A stretch of DNA of 64,000 bases from contig OZ287698.1 of the NCBI GenBank assembly GCA_965649825.1, positions 635,949 to 699,948 on the forward strand, read 5' to 3'. Below are positions 1 through 11,799 of the stretch, piece after piece. The DNA comes from Penicillus capitatus (Eukaryota; Plantae; Chlorophyta). The stretch's first letter is position 1, and each line of letters starts with the position of its first letter. Both the position numbers and the translations under genes were made by a program. Under the pieces are notes generated by a model, which was not told the origin of the DNA, ran no database searches, and saw only the letters and a program-made list of their open reading frames with translations.

Positions 1-17
1 GTGTTGGGTATCATAGA

Positions 18-1066
18 ATGGACGCGACGGATTCGGAGCATGCGGCTCCAGGTCATGGCCTCATGGACTTGCATCTCAGCGACGTCCACATTGGTTGCTG
101 TCCGCCTGGCACGGGTTTCTGGACCACTTCTATCCGTCTCTATCTCTCATCGCCCGCAGAAAATGCAACGTGCAGTGCCGTCCAAACAGACGAAGATGGG
201 GATCTGTGTTTAGAGAGGAGAAGGACATGGACGATTCGGCACCTTCGAGAAACGACACTAGATGCTGTCGGCGGCCAGGTGAGCACCACCGACGTCGTAT
301 CGCACAGAAGCTGACTCCACTCTCGACACACAATAGATTTGGAGAGGATCCTGTCTCTTGTCTGATTTTATTCTCTCCTCTCCAGAGCCATTCCAAGACA
401 AGACCATACTAGAGCTTGGGTGCGGGATAGGTATGACGGGTATTGCCCTGCACGGGATTGCTCACGATGTCTATCTGACGGATCATAATCGAGCAGCACT
501 TCAGCTGTGTCACGAGAACATTCAGCAGAATACGGCGAACCCCGATCTCTTCAGAATTCGAATGTTGGATTGGACTTGCGTGGACGCGATTTTTTCGCAA
601 GGCGGCAGCAAGGATACAGAATCGCCCGCTTTTCGATGGATGGATGAGGACGGTGAGGTGTTGAAATCTGTCGATATCTTCTTAGCCGCCGATGTGATTT
701 ATGACCCTCCGTTGACAACTGCTTTCTTCCAAGCACTTGCTCGACTCATGCGCTGTTCGCGGAAGGACTCAATTTGTTATCTCTCTTTGGAGAAGCGCTT
801 TAATTTTACTCTGGAGGATTTGGACGTGAGGGATCCTGCTTATGATCATTTTCGCTCTTTTGTCGATCCGCTCGATGGCGGCGCACTTTGGAGTGAGTTC
901 CTAGGAGAGAAATTGCCACTCGAGTCCATTCCTCAAGTAAAGACCACTGATTCTCGTAAAGTTGAACAGTCATTCTGTGCGTCATCAGGTTTTGGACATC
1001 CCGAGAAGCAACGATATGGAGCTCTGGAAGATTTGCCTGCGAAACGCAGAGCGTGCTTTGATGTGA
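18..1066 (+). CDS. METTL22: METTL22-like SAM-dependent protein methyltransferase (spliced)
   Basis: Exon 1 has DEDGDL and HLRETTLDAVGGQ; GT-AG intron 279-336 joins to IWRGSCLLSDFIL, then SAM motif ILELGCGIG, LTDH, FLAADVIYD; last exon reads SNDMELWKI to TGA at 1064-1066. The start may lie further upstream. Confidence 0.85.
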
Positions 1067-1476
1067 CATCCGCACGAATGAAAAATCAGGCAGACAGAAA
1101 TCGTTAAGTACTGTTAGGCTTCCGAAGCCTCATCGACAGAAATCTCGCGTTCTCTTTGGGATGCGTCACGTGGAACGATCCATCTCTGCACCACGGGAAC
1201 CATCGTCCACTCGAAAGCCAATCATCGATCGAGAAAATGCGCCGACCCTCCTGTCCGGAAAAGACGTCTGACGATCGACGGGCCTTTCGAATCGACGCAG
1301 ATCAATGGACAACTGAAGTGTCCGTCTTTTCTAACGGTTCCGAGACCATCATCTTACGTGTCCGCTTTGCGACGCCCGGCGGCTGTCACATCAACTGGCA
1401 TAGAGAATAGGTAGGATCTTCTCATGCGAATCCCGACATTCTGCATATTCGAATCATCCCCGTTCTTCTTATCACC

Positions 1477-2630
1477 ATGCGCTACACGGTCGGATTTGCT
1501 CTCCACTCAAAGAAGGTTCCTTCGATCCGACACGTCCACGATTTCACACACCTTTCGACAGGCACAGCGTTACTTGACTCGGCGTCTCGTGGCCTTGGCA
1601 AAGGATCAAGGACTGCATATCTCTGAAATCGATAAATCGACACCTCTTGAGAAACAAGGACCCTTCCATCTCATCCTGCACAAATATCACTCCGACAAAG
1701 GCAATCCCCGCGTCGTTATCGGCAGAGCCTTATAGAGTGCGACAGACTGGGAGGCTGAATTGGCAGAGTACTCGGCGGCGCATCCAGAGGTGCGAATCGT
1801 CGATGCTATCGACCGCGTCATCCTCCTGCGCAACCGTCAAACGATGTTCTCTATTCTTCCGAGTGGGTGACAGAGACCAGTGAAATGCATGTTCTTCTGT
1901 CCTCGACCTCCAAATCTCTATTGTTGATTAGAAACGCGAAACAGTTGCGGAATCTGGGCGATGGGCGACATCCATGTCTCCATTCCAAACCAGATCCAGA
2001 TTCGGGCAGAGGCAACGGTGGAGGACGTCGAGCGACATCTCGCCGAAAAGGATATGATGTATCCCTTGCTCTTGAAGCCAGAATGGGCAGATGGAAGAGA
2101 CGGGTGTCATATGTTGGGATTCATTCGCAATCGAGAAGGATTGAAGAAAGCACTGAATCCGAACATTAATGCGATGCAACCACCGATCATCGCGCAGCAG
2201 ATTATTCCCCATGAACCTGTGATCTTTAAAGTGAGCGTTGACAAGGCGCGCATCGCCAAATGTGAGAAATGGTATGTAGGTGTATGTGATTGGTGACAGT
2301 GTGGTCTGTCATGTACGGCCATCGCTTGTGATTGCCAAATGTGTTGAGAATTTTCAGCTGCTGCCAAGGATTTCTTCCAAAGAAAAATGCGCATGTGATT
2401 CAAAGCTCCCTCCACAAGAATTCATGACATCGTTGGCGCACTTCTTGAGAAGGCAGTTCCAAATTCAGTTGTTTAATTTCGATCTGATCCGAGTCAGTGG
2501 GAGAGAGAATGTCTACTGCATCGTGGACATTAATTATTTTCCTGGGATCGATAAATTGGAAAACTTTGAGGAGATTCTCGTTCAGTTTTTGTTTCATGCT
2601 TGCAAAGGAGTAAAGATCACGGGACAGTGA
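1477..2630 (+). CDS. ITPK1: Inositol-tetrakisphosphate 1-kinase / inositol 1,3,4-trisphosphate 5/6-kinase (ATP-grasp), spliced
   Basis: Exon fragments MRYTVGFALHSKK, IDKSTPLEKQGPFHLILHK, LRNRQTM, YPLLLKP..ADG..GCH, IFKVYVIG, LFNFDLIR, IVDINYFPG match the family motif order. Start codon is tentative. Confidence 0.9.
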
Positions 2631-2704
2631 TCGTTATCCGACATCCAAACGTCACATCATGACCCAACACTGCGAAAACATGACGCTCACTGTACGACAA
2701 TGCC

Positions 2705-3052
2705 ATGCAAGCTTTGAAGCGATCTCCGCGACAAGCCACTTCTCTACGCGGCCCTGTGTCGATCACCCGAAGACGTGAGCATCGTTGGCGAATCGCGACA
2801 CGCATTCGAGCGTCGGAGGAGACATCGTCGGCTAAGAGCGGCGAAGCGTTTGTGTTCGGAAAGGTCGCTCGACGGACGTTGCTGGTGTCTTTCAAGTGTA
2901 ATGTCTGCCAATCGCGGACCGATCGTTTAGTCAACCCTCATGCCTGGAACAATGGCACTGTCTTTGTGCAATGCAAGAACTGTGAGGTTTGGCATCGCAT
3001 CCGAGACAATCTCAATCTCATAGACGAAATCCGATACAACGATGAGGGCTGA
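2705..3052 (+). CDS. DNLZ: DNL-type zinc finger protein (Zim17/HEP Hsp70 escort) with N-terminal transit-like peptide
   Basis: FKCNVC...NPHAWNNGTVFVQCKNC..WHRIRDNLNL signature after an Arg/Ser-rich N-terminus; intronless. Confidence 0.9.
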   Translation: MQALKRSPRQATSLRGPVSITRRREHRWRIATRIRASEETSSAKSGEAFVFGKVARRTLLVSFKCNVCQSRTDRLVNPHAWNNGTVFVQCKNCEVWHRIRDNLNLIDEIRYNDEG

Positions 3053-3066
3053 CGACACATCATGGG

Positions 3067-4260
3067 TCATCGCACATCGGTCTTCGGAGCTTCGGACTCC
3101 ATTTTTCGAATGTAAATTGTGTTTGGCAATCCCCTAAGTGTGCATGTAAGAGATATGATATGATCATATGAGATCTCACTCTTTTTCGCCTTCTTCGAAA
3201 GTGTAACTACAGGCAATGGCCAAGTACCGACCGTCATGGCTGAAGTCCAGCGAGGCAATGCTCGTTGGGTAGCTACAAGAGATAGACAAATCGTGCATAG
3301 AGTGAGAATGTGTAATGTGTATATACTCTGTGATGCTGGCAATCTTCTTCTTGTGTTCTCTGTCCCAAATGACAACGCTGCCGTCACAGCCTCCCGTCGC
3401 GAATGTGCCATGGCTGGGATGAAAGGCAATCGTATTGACAGGATAGATCACCTCTGACCCGTTCTCTTTCTTCCGATGGCACTGAACACGTATTTAGCTT
3501 CGATTCTTATACAGTATCATATCGGCTACTTACTCTGAAGGCGAATTTCTTGGATTCCGATGAGGCTTCGAAATAGTCAATGGCGACGCGACCTTCGATG
3601 GATGTCGCACCGTATCCCTCACCCGTGCGAAAGCACCGCAGACATCGGGTCTGATGCTGTAATCCTGACTCGCGATGGGCAGGACCCGGATCCAAACTGC
3701 AGACAACATAACGAAACGTCTCGTGGGTTTCTCTATCGTATCTCGCACTTTCTCAGGTCGAAGATGAAAATGTGTTTCTCGGATGTGCCGACGACGAAGC
3801 GTGTGTTCGTTTGTGCAGCGGTGTATACCTTTCCTGGGAGCTCAAATGAAGTGACTGGCATCCGATGGTGTGCCCGTCGAGGATCCCAGAACTTCACCAA
3901 TCGATCCCAGCCACTTGACACCACGAGACCTTTCTCGGCGCAATACTCGACGGATTTAATCGGCTTCTGATGATTGCCCAACAGAATCGGCGGCACTTTG
4001 CTCTCGAAGTCATGGCTCAATACCTGACCATCCAATCCCGCCGAGAACGCAACATTCTCATCACGAAAATTACAGTCCAGAATGGGCGTCGACAGTTTCA
4101 GCGAGGCTCGACACGTGTTCTGGGCGACGTCATAGAGTCGCAGGTAAGTGTCCCAGGAAGCTGCGAGCAATAGATGCGAACGTTCGGCGAAGCGCAGGAC
4201 GGTCACGCCATCGGAAGGCGCGACAGGTAGCGGTACCCCTAGATGCTGTTTCATCATCAT
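3067..4260 (-). CDS. BUB3: Mitotic checkpoint WD40 protein BUB3 (spliced)
   Basis: [82 protein letters not shown], and final exon IYIR. Confidence 0.93.
3111..3115 (+). promoter_or_regulatory. TGTAA chlorophyte-type polyadenylation signal for the DNL zinc finger gene
   Basis: TGTAA 58 nt after the stop codon, inside the BUB3 last exon on the opposite strand. Confidence 0.5.
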
Positions 4261-4298
4261 TTCACCGATAAGGACATTCGGTAGACATCCATCACTCC

Positions 4299-4751
4299 AT
4301 GTTGCGTTGTCCGTCGCATGTTCCGACGAATAAAAACACGAATTGGCTCGATTCCTTTTCGGCTTGGCTCTGGTACTTGAGCCTCATCGTCGCGACCTGG
4401 CTGGCGCTGTCTGTCGTTATGGATGGTGGAAAGGCGTGGACATATGTTCACCTCATCCACGGCGTTATCACTTTCTACTTGCTCCATTGGAACAAAGGCT
4501 CCCCTGTTCAAGAAGACCAAGGCAAATGGGACGCTCTGACGTTTTGGGAACAGTTGGATGATGGCATCCAGGGAACGACGACGCGCAAGTTCTTTACCGT
4601 GGTCCCTGTCGTTCTGTTTCTTTTGGCCACACATGGATCGGATTTCAGAACGCAGCCTCTGTTTTTGAATCTGTTGGTAGTTGTGGTGTTAGTCATTGCT
4701 AAGATCCCTTCGATGCATCGAGTCCGGATCTTGGGCATCAATCGATACTGA
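4299..4751 (+). CDS. ORMDL: ORMDL/ORM1 sphingolipid homeostasis membrane protein
   Basis: NKNTNW, HWNKGSP, QGKWDALTFWEQLDDG.Q.T..RKF.TVVPVVLFLLATH, IAKIPSMHRVRILGIN; intronless. Confidence 0.95.
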   Translation: MLRCPSHVPTNKNTNWLDSFSAWLWYLSLIVATWLALSVVMDGGKAWTYVHLIHGVITFYLLHWNKGSPVQEDQGKWDALTFWEQLDDGIQGTTTRKFFTVVPVVLFLLATHGSDFRTQPLFLNLLVVVVLVIAKIPSMHRVRILGINRY

Positions 4752-4764
4752 GAAACCAGACTGT

Positions 4765-5161
4765 TCAGGCAGATGATGATCGATGTCGTGTAAGCTCTTC
4801 CTTGTATTCTTGCTTAATGTGCTCACACACGCGTTTCACATCTTCAGCTGCTGCTTTGAGCGCCTGTTTCGCTGTTATGGTACCTGAAAGGCGTTGTTGA
4901 TCGGATATAAGTACGAGATGAAGGGACCTGTCGTCTGGATGCGGATATTGATGAAATCGTCGCTTGGATGGGGTGCACTTGCTCCGCAGAATTCGACATG
5001 GGGACTGGAATAGCCGCACGAGGCTGAGAAAAAGAGTGAGAAAGAGAGTGAGCAGACTTTCGGTTAAGCATGGCGCAGAGAGCGTTTGCCAGAGTGTAGT
5101 CTTCGCCCATAAGGGTCAGTGTCGCACTGTAGGCGTTCGTCGCACGATGTGGCTCGGTCAT
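4765..5161 (-). CDS. POLR1D: RNA polymerase I/III shared subunit AC19 (RPAC2, RpoL-like), spliced
   Basis: Spliced reading GEDYTLANALCAMLNRK / PHVEFCGASAPHPSDDFINIRIQTT / AKQALKAAAEDV. The VEFCG..PHPS and NIRIQT motifs favour AC19 over RPB11. Confidence 0.82.
4789..4793 (+). promoter_or_regulatory. TGTAA polyadenylation signal for ORMDL
   Basis: TGTAA 37 nt after the stop codon, inside the RPAC2 CDS on the opposite strand. Confidence 0.5.
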
Positions 5162-5237
5162 TGCGGTTAGATGAAGTCCATCATATCGCTTTCGTTTTTG
5201 CACTTCGTGATTTCTGGCCGCAAGCCGCCGTGACGAG

Positions 5238-8157
5238 ATGCGTGTTCTCAACGTCGCCGAGAAACCAAGTGTCGCAAAAGAGGTGTCTCGAATTCTCAGC
5301 AACGGCAACGCAACGTCGACGCAGAGCTGGTGAGACAGATATTCTCGGAGAGAGTGGCTATGTGCCGAGATCTTTGTGCGATTCAGTGCGCAGTTCATTC
5401 GAAACTGGCAATTCGATGGGGGCATTCAGGGACAGTCGTGCCAGATGGTGTTCACTTCCGTGGTCGGCCATCTCATGGAACTCGACTTCGGAGGCGAGTA
5501 CCGCGGATGGAGTCGGTGCTCGCCGGAGGCGCTCTTCCAGGCGCCGGTCCACAAAACGGTCCCCCAGGTTCACAACGACGCATACGTCATAGGCGACCTC
5601 AAATGTTTGCCTGCGCAGAGCAAGAAGCCTATTGAGCGTAACCTAGCCCAATTGGCGAGGTCTTGTCAGTGGCTCGTCCTTTGGTTGGATTGTGATCGCG
5701 AGGGGGAGAACATTGCATTTGAAGTAAGAGTTTGTTTTTCCGCGATGTGATATTGATCGACGAATTGTGTGATAGGTTCGTCATGTCTGCTGTATGAGCA
5801 ATCCACAATTGATCGTCAAAAGGGCGCAGTTCTCGGCACTGACATTTGTCGATCTCAGAAATGCCCTTCAGCATTTGCGTCTGCCCAACGAGAGAGATGC
5901 TCTTGCTGTGGATGCAAGACAGGAAATCGATCTTCGAGTGGGTGCCGCTTTTACACGATTCCAGACCAAGCTGCTTCAGGTGATCGGTCCTTTCTTAAAC
6001 AACAAAGATCTTTGATGTGACGGCTCTGTATGAATAGAAAAAATTCAACTGGGAAGCGGGAGGTGTCAACATTGTCCGCGGCAACAATCTCTTGTTGAGT
6101 TACGGACTGTGCCAGTTCCCAGTCCTGGGTCTCATTGTCCAGAGAGCCTGGTGCGCCACTTGGACCAGCTGCATACGATCAGCTAAGATTCCCTTTGCTG
6201 TTGTTAGGGAGATCGAAGCACATGTGGAGGAACCATTCTGGACGATCTTTGCTTCATACAAGGTGCCGAGTGAGAAGGCATACTGCGAATTTGAGTGGAC
6301 CCGTCATCGTCTATTTGATAAGTTTGTGGCTGATCTGGTTTTTACCTTCTGTGCCGAAAAAAGCGAAGCCACCGTGACCAAGGTGTGCACAATTTGTGCT
6401 GTCTCTTTTTCAAAGTGTCTCAGGTGGATGGCCGAGAACGTCGAAAGTGGGCACCGTGTCCTTTGAGTACATTAGAATTACAGAAAGGCGCGACATCAGC
6501 ATTACGGATTCCAGGAGAAAGAGTCATGAAATATGCCGAAGAGCTTTATCAAGCAGGATTCATCAGCTATCCAAGAACAGAGACAGACAGTTTTCCATCG
6601 ACCATGGATGTTCGCCAATTCGTTATGCAGCAACAGCAGGACCGTCGATGGGGTGCACATGCTCAATCCATCATTTCAGGCACGATGTTTGCCACACAAG
6701 AATATCCATTCCGAAGTACGTGTGCGTAGGGGAGATGTGGAAGCCTCCGAGAAATGGAGGACATGACGATCAAGCGCATCCTCCCATTCATCCAATCAAG
6801 TACTCAGCAGGAGAAACGAACTGGGATACTCCAAAAGCGCAGGTCTATGAGTTTGTCGTGCGAAGTTTTCTAGCGTAAGGATCGTCACACTTCTTCTGCT
6901 GCGCAAATGTGTTTGCTATGTTTAGCTGTTGCTCTAAAGATGCTATTGGATTTGAAACATCCGTAGAGATCGATATCGCCGGAGAGCTATTTACAACCAA
7001 AGGTGACGCTTTACACACTCTGGTCATTTCGCCTTACGCGTCCCGACAGGATTATCCATTTTGGAACGAAACTGGTTGGATGTTTATCCTTACACGAATT
7101 GGGGTGGGAATTCAACCCTGCCTAATTTCACAGTGGGACAGAAGTTCATGCCGACAGAATTGTATCTTAAAGAGGTCAGCTGCACAAACGAACAGTTCAT
7201 GGTCTGGACAATGGATGGTATCTCAGGGAAAAACACAACCTCCACATCGTTTGACCGAGCGTGATTTGATCGAAAAGATGGAACGTTATGGCATCGGGAC
7301 GGATGCCACTGTCGCCGAGCATATCCAGAAACAGATCGATCGAGGGTACACAAGTGTTCTCTCAGTCATGGACAGAAAGAGACGCATGAGCTGTACAGAT
7401 ATGCTGTAAAGAATGCACAACTGCAGTTTTCTGCGACAGCTTTGGGCGAAGGACTCATTTTGAGTTATTGCAATATGGGATTAGATGGACTCTGGAAGCC
7501 AGATCTCAGAGGGAAGATCGAACAAGCCATAGGCGATATTGCTGCGGGGACAAAGACCAAAGAAGAGGTCTGTTGCATATTCTGAGGAGCTGTGGACATC
7601 TTTATCTGTTTCTAGGTCCTGGACATCGCGGTCACTTCGTTTCAGTCCGATTTTCTCAGTGCATGGGAAAAGTCAAACGTCATGATCGATGCGATGGGAC
7701 GTTTCTTTCTTCGATCTGGTAAGAAAACCATTGCACAAGTGATCCAGTCATCTGAACGATCTTTCCAGATGGTACCAATGCTCCGACAGTCCCGTTGTAT
7801 CAAGCACAGAGTGCTACTGTTGAAGCCAGGGGTCGCGGCAGAGGCCGCGGCCGCGGTGGCAGAGGCCGCAGAGCCGGACGCAACACAGAGTCGATGGAAA
7901 ATGCGGCTCCTCTCTGTCCCATGCATCAGTTGCCGGTGCTCGTTCTGAAATCCAATACAGCACAGAATCCAGGACGCATTTTCTACAAGTGTTCCAATGA
8001 GGCCGAGAGAGAAAACTGCTTGCCATTCAAATGGGCAGATGAGTTTGGGAATGGAGATGGGGCGGCGGCCTTCCGGGCAGGAAGAGCACCAGACAGAGGT
8101 CGTGGTGGTAGAGGACGACGAGGACGGGGTCGTGGACGCAGAGGAGGACGGTGTTAG
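5238..8157 (+). CDS. TOP3A: DNA topoisomerase III alpha (type IA), many introns, C-terminal GRF zinc finger
   Basis: [55 protein letters not shown] (catalytic Tyr), [20 protein letters not shown]; GRF motif CPMH...NPGRIFYKC...C.PFKWAD. Confidence 0.96.
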
Positions 8158-8226
8158 ACATATACACTGTCCCTAACAAGCAATGGCCGTTTGCATGGAG
8201 AAAGAAGATCTTGATGTGAAAGCAGA

Positions 8227-9166
8227 ATGATGCGAATCTTTGCCGGCACTTATCGTTTTGTTTCCATACGCCCTGTACGCGCTTACCGTCATCGTTTGGT
8301 CACAATGATGTCCGAGACAGTGCATCCGACAGCGCAACGCGTTTTGGATTACTGGTCTCGTTGCGTCGCGTCATTTTTTCCAGACTCCTTTTTAGGTTCG
8401 AAGGAAAGACGGCGCCTGATCGATTCACGTTAAGCGTCGCTAAAAAATGGTTCGCGGCGGGACCAGCAGTCGACGAGGTATTATCTACCTACGTTGCTGT
8501 TTCGTGCTACGATGTGGGCGATCTAGAATATTCGTGCATCCTTTGCGGAGGAAGTGAAGCGATGTGCGGCTGGCGAGTTTAACGATTGGAAGCGGACGCC
8601 ACGTAATAATCTGGCTTACATACTACTAGCAGATCAGTTCACAAGGTCAGAGCTAAAATGCGTGGCCGTAGCGAATCGCGCGTTTAGGTGTATCTACCGA
8701 AATGCAGCACAGCAATTTGAGCTTGATGCAAAGGGCCTCGAGTTCTCGCGTCATCTTCTGGTGAAGTCCTTACGTGAGGACATGAGTAACGCGTTTTGTT
8801 TGCAGGACAGTGGAATGATCAACGCTCTCGACCTCGTCGAGAAGACGTTTGCTTATTTGCCTTTCGAACATTCAGAAGATATCGAAAATCAAAAGGTCGA
8901 TACAAAGAAATATGAAAGATTCTAATGTTTGAGTGCAGTTGGCGTGCCGTCTGTTTTCGGAGATTTGCGAGGAAGCGGTGAGTACGTTTGGTGTCGATAA
9001 CGATTTGTCAAAGTATTTGAAGTCGTGCTTGGGCTACGCAGAAAGACACCGCACTATGATCGAACGTTTTGGCCGTTTCCCTCATCGAAATAAAGTCCTT
9101 GGACGCGAAGACACGGATGAAGAAAAGAAGGCACGCGAAGATGGAACGTTAGAGACTTTTACGTAA
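8227..9166 (+). CDS. DUF924 family protein, possible organellar transit peptide (spliced)
   Basis: VLDYW, KKWF, ILLADQFTR.IYR, FAYLPFEHSED, H..MIERFGRFPHRNKVLGREDT.EE motifs. Confidence 0.88.
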
Positions 9167-9339
9167 AAAACAAAAAGTCGAACAATTCTCGCCTGGTCGA
9201 GACAGTTAGTTGGTCGGATGTGAATGAACCGTGCAGTAAAACACTTTGCTTGCACCATCTTGGCGACTGCGATCGAACGAAATTATTTCCGCACAGAACA
9301 GTAAGAACGCAAATCTAAAGATTTGGGATTGTTCAAAGA

Positions 9340-10600
9340 TTTCGCTAGAGGTAGACATCATCGATCGTCGATCACCGATAGATCGTCGATTGTCGATCGT
9401 TGCCGGACGCTTCGATGATGTGATTGATTCTCTCTGGTTTACGCGGGAATGAGATTGCGACGTCGATCAAAGCAGTATTAGTCGAGAAAGGCACGATCAC
9501 CTACGACTGTAGGTTTCTCTGTTCAGAAATGAATGTTCTGATCCTCCCGATTTATGATCAAACTGCGATCGAACTGTCGATTAACATATCTGACATCGAT
9601 TCGAAAATCGACGAGTCAACGATCAAGAGTTTTCATATCGATGACGCTTCGATAAAATAATGGTCGATCGTTTTATACTGAAGTCGATCGAACAGTAACA
9701 ATTACGGTCGATTGTCCTCTTGTCCAATTCTCGAACGGTTTCTGTTTTGATTCGATTCGATTCAAAAAATGGCCAATCGGTCATCAAGTGTCGAATCTTT
9801 GAAATGTATGAAGTCGATGAGTAATCTGCATCTCTAGCGTGATAGAGAGCTAACAAATCGTTCAGACTACGAGATCTATTATGAGAACCATCGATGAGTG
9901 CGACGATATCGTTCATGAATGCGAAACGTGTAACGATCTTGTCTTTGAAACGCGTATGCGATCTATTAGGACCAAAGGTATCGCTGTGTGATTTGAGCGC
10001 GTCGAGATCGTATGCCGAGAAGAACCGAGCGGATATTCTTACAGCAACATGGATACGTTGTCATATGCGTAAATGTTATGTCAATTGACGGCGATCTAAC
10101 CGATTCTTGAGGATTAAACTGTTAATGCTCTTTACAAAACGACTAAGCTTAAAAGGATGCTTTCTACAAAAATGCCCTGCTTCATAATCGTATTGTTCGC
10201 CGTAACTTCATGGTCCATCGATCTCTTTGTAATAATTTCAATAAAAACATTTCTAAGACGCACACTGCAGGCTTTGTTTTGTCCATCGAATGAGAAATAG
10301 AATCTATCTGTACAGTTGTTCGATGAATCGCATTCACTGACACGACAAGCATCAGTGCTATTTGTGAGACTGGCGACCTGTCGCAAATCAAAGGTCGATT
10401 CATCGTTCTGTTTGCGTTTCGAAGAATGCCGAAAGGTCTCTTTTTTCGATCGGCAATGATAAACATCGACGATCGATTATTCGAAAGGATCTTGATGATC
10501 ATTTGTACATCGTAATTGTAGTGACGATGATCGGAAGAATCGAAGCGAACACTTGATTCGCAAAAACCGTACGATTACAAAAACCGCGTCCTATTAAAAA
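9340..10600 (-). mobile_element. Highly degenerate, TCGA-rich sequence; possible Mutator/FAR1-type transposase remnant
   Basis: The broken minus-strand reading LMLVVSVNAIHRTT...VLEMFLLKL loosely resembles the MULE core (FVGVN...LFETFL). Many stops; resemblance judged by eye only. Confidence 0.25.
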
Positions 10601-11799
10601 GACTAATCCTTCAGAAATCTTTTCCGCTAGAAGAGTCTTTTACAGAAATAATCGATGAAATATGATCGCAAAGATGCAGATGGATTTACAAAAAGCTGTG
10701 TTACTGTTACCTTCGATAGAATGCAATCGTAGTGTTATGCTTAGGAATTGTTTTCGCGTGGGCGTAGTTCTTTGTCGACAAATAGTGAGCACTTTTTAAA
10801 ACAGATCTCTGTTTGTTGCAAAGCCAGCCCCCTTTTATAATCTATCATGACGTTATGATTCCCGTCATGTTGTCGTCATGCTCATTGTCATGTTGTCGCT
10901 TCCTTGGTCGTTCGTTCTTCGACCTGACAGTAGGGTCGCAGATCGATACATAGGATATCGTCATTTAGGTTCGAATAAAAGCATCACATTCGTCTGCGGA
11001 ATCGGTACTTGGTTTCTATATAACGTTATTGTTCCTGTCACAATCGAGGTTTTAGCTTAGTTTTTAGAAGAGTTGTTCGAGGATCAGAGAAAAATGCTAA
11101 ACATTCACACGCGGCTCCATTTTTAGTCATGATAAGACCCGTTAGTCTGAGCCGATATTGACCTTCTATGTACAATTCTCCGATATTGTTGGACAAATTC
11201 AGTGTCGTATGTTCGTCTGTTGATTAGATTTAGATTAGAATGTCATTTCGCTTTCGATGTTTATTAATATGTGACTGACTGTTGTTGATCAGATGTTTTT
11301 GTCCTCTTCTAGTTTTTGATTTAGAATGGTTCATAGATTTGTGTTCATACTTTCCCGACATATAGTTATTCGACAAACGCGATCAAGTGGGGAGAATTGT
11401 CCGAATCGTTTTTTTGTTTTTCGATGATCAATCGAAAACATAAGACGTGTGCGATTTCGATGGGAAAAATACGAATGGTATACGACGACTTGTGCAGAAG
11501 ATCGAAAATCGACGTCAACTGAATCGCGAATGACAATATCGAAGCTATCTATGCGACGTAATCGCAAAGATGCAAATCGATCTACGAAATATCGTAATCA
11601 CAAGGTTCAACGAAATGCATTGCAACACGTGCGGTTGCGAAACTGACCTTTTTGCTTTCTGCTATCCTCTAGTCGACGAGGAAAATAGAATGATCTCTCT
11701 TCATTCAATCGCTTTCGTCAGATAAGCGAATTCGCCCAAACGCAATTGGCGGATTGCACAAGAATCGCTAAAACTGATTCGACCTGGCTGACAAGACAT

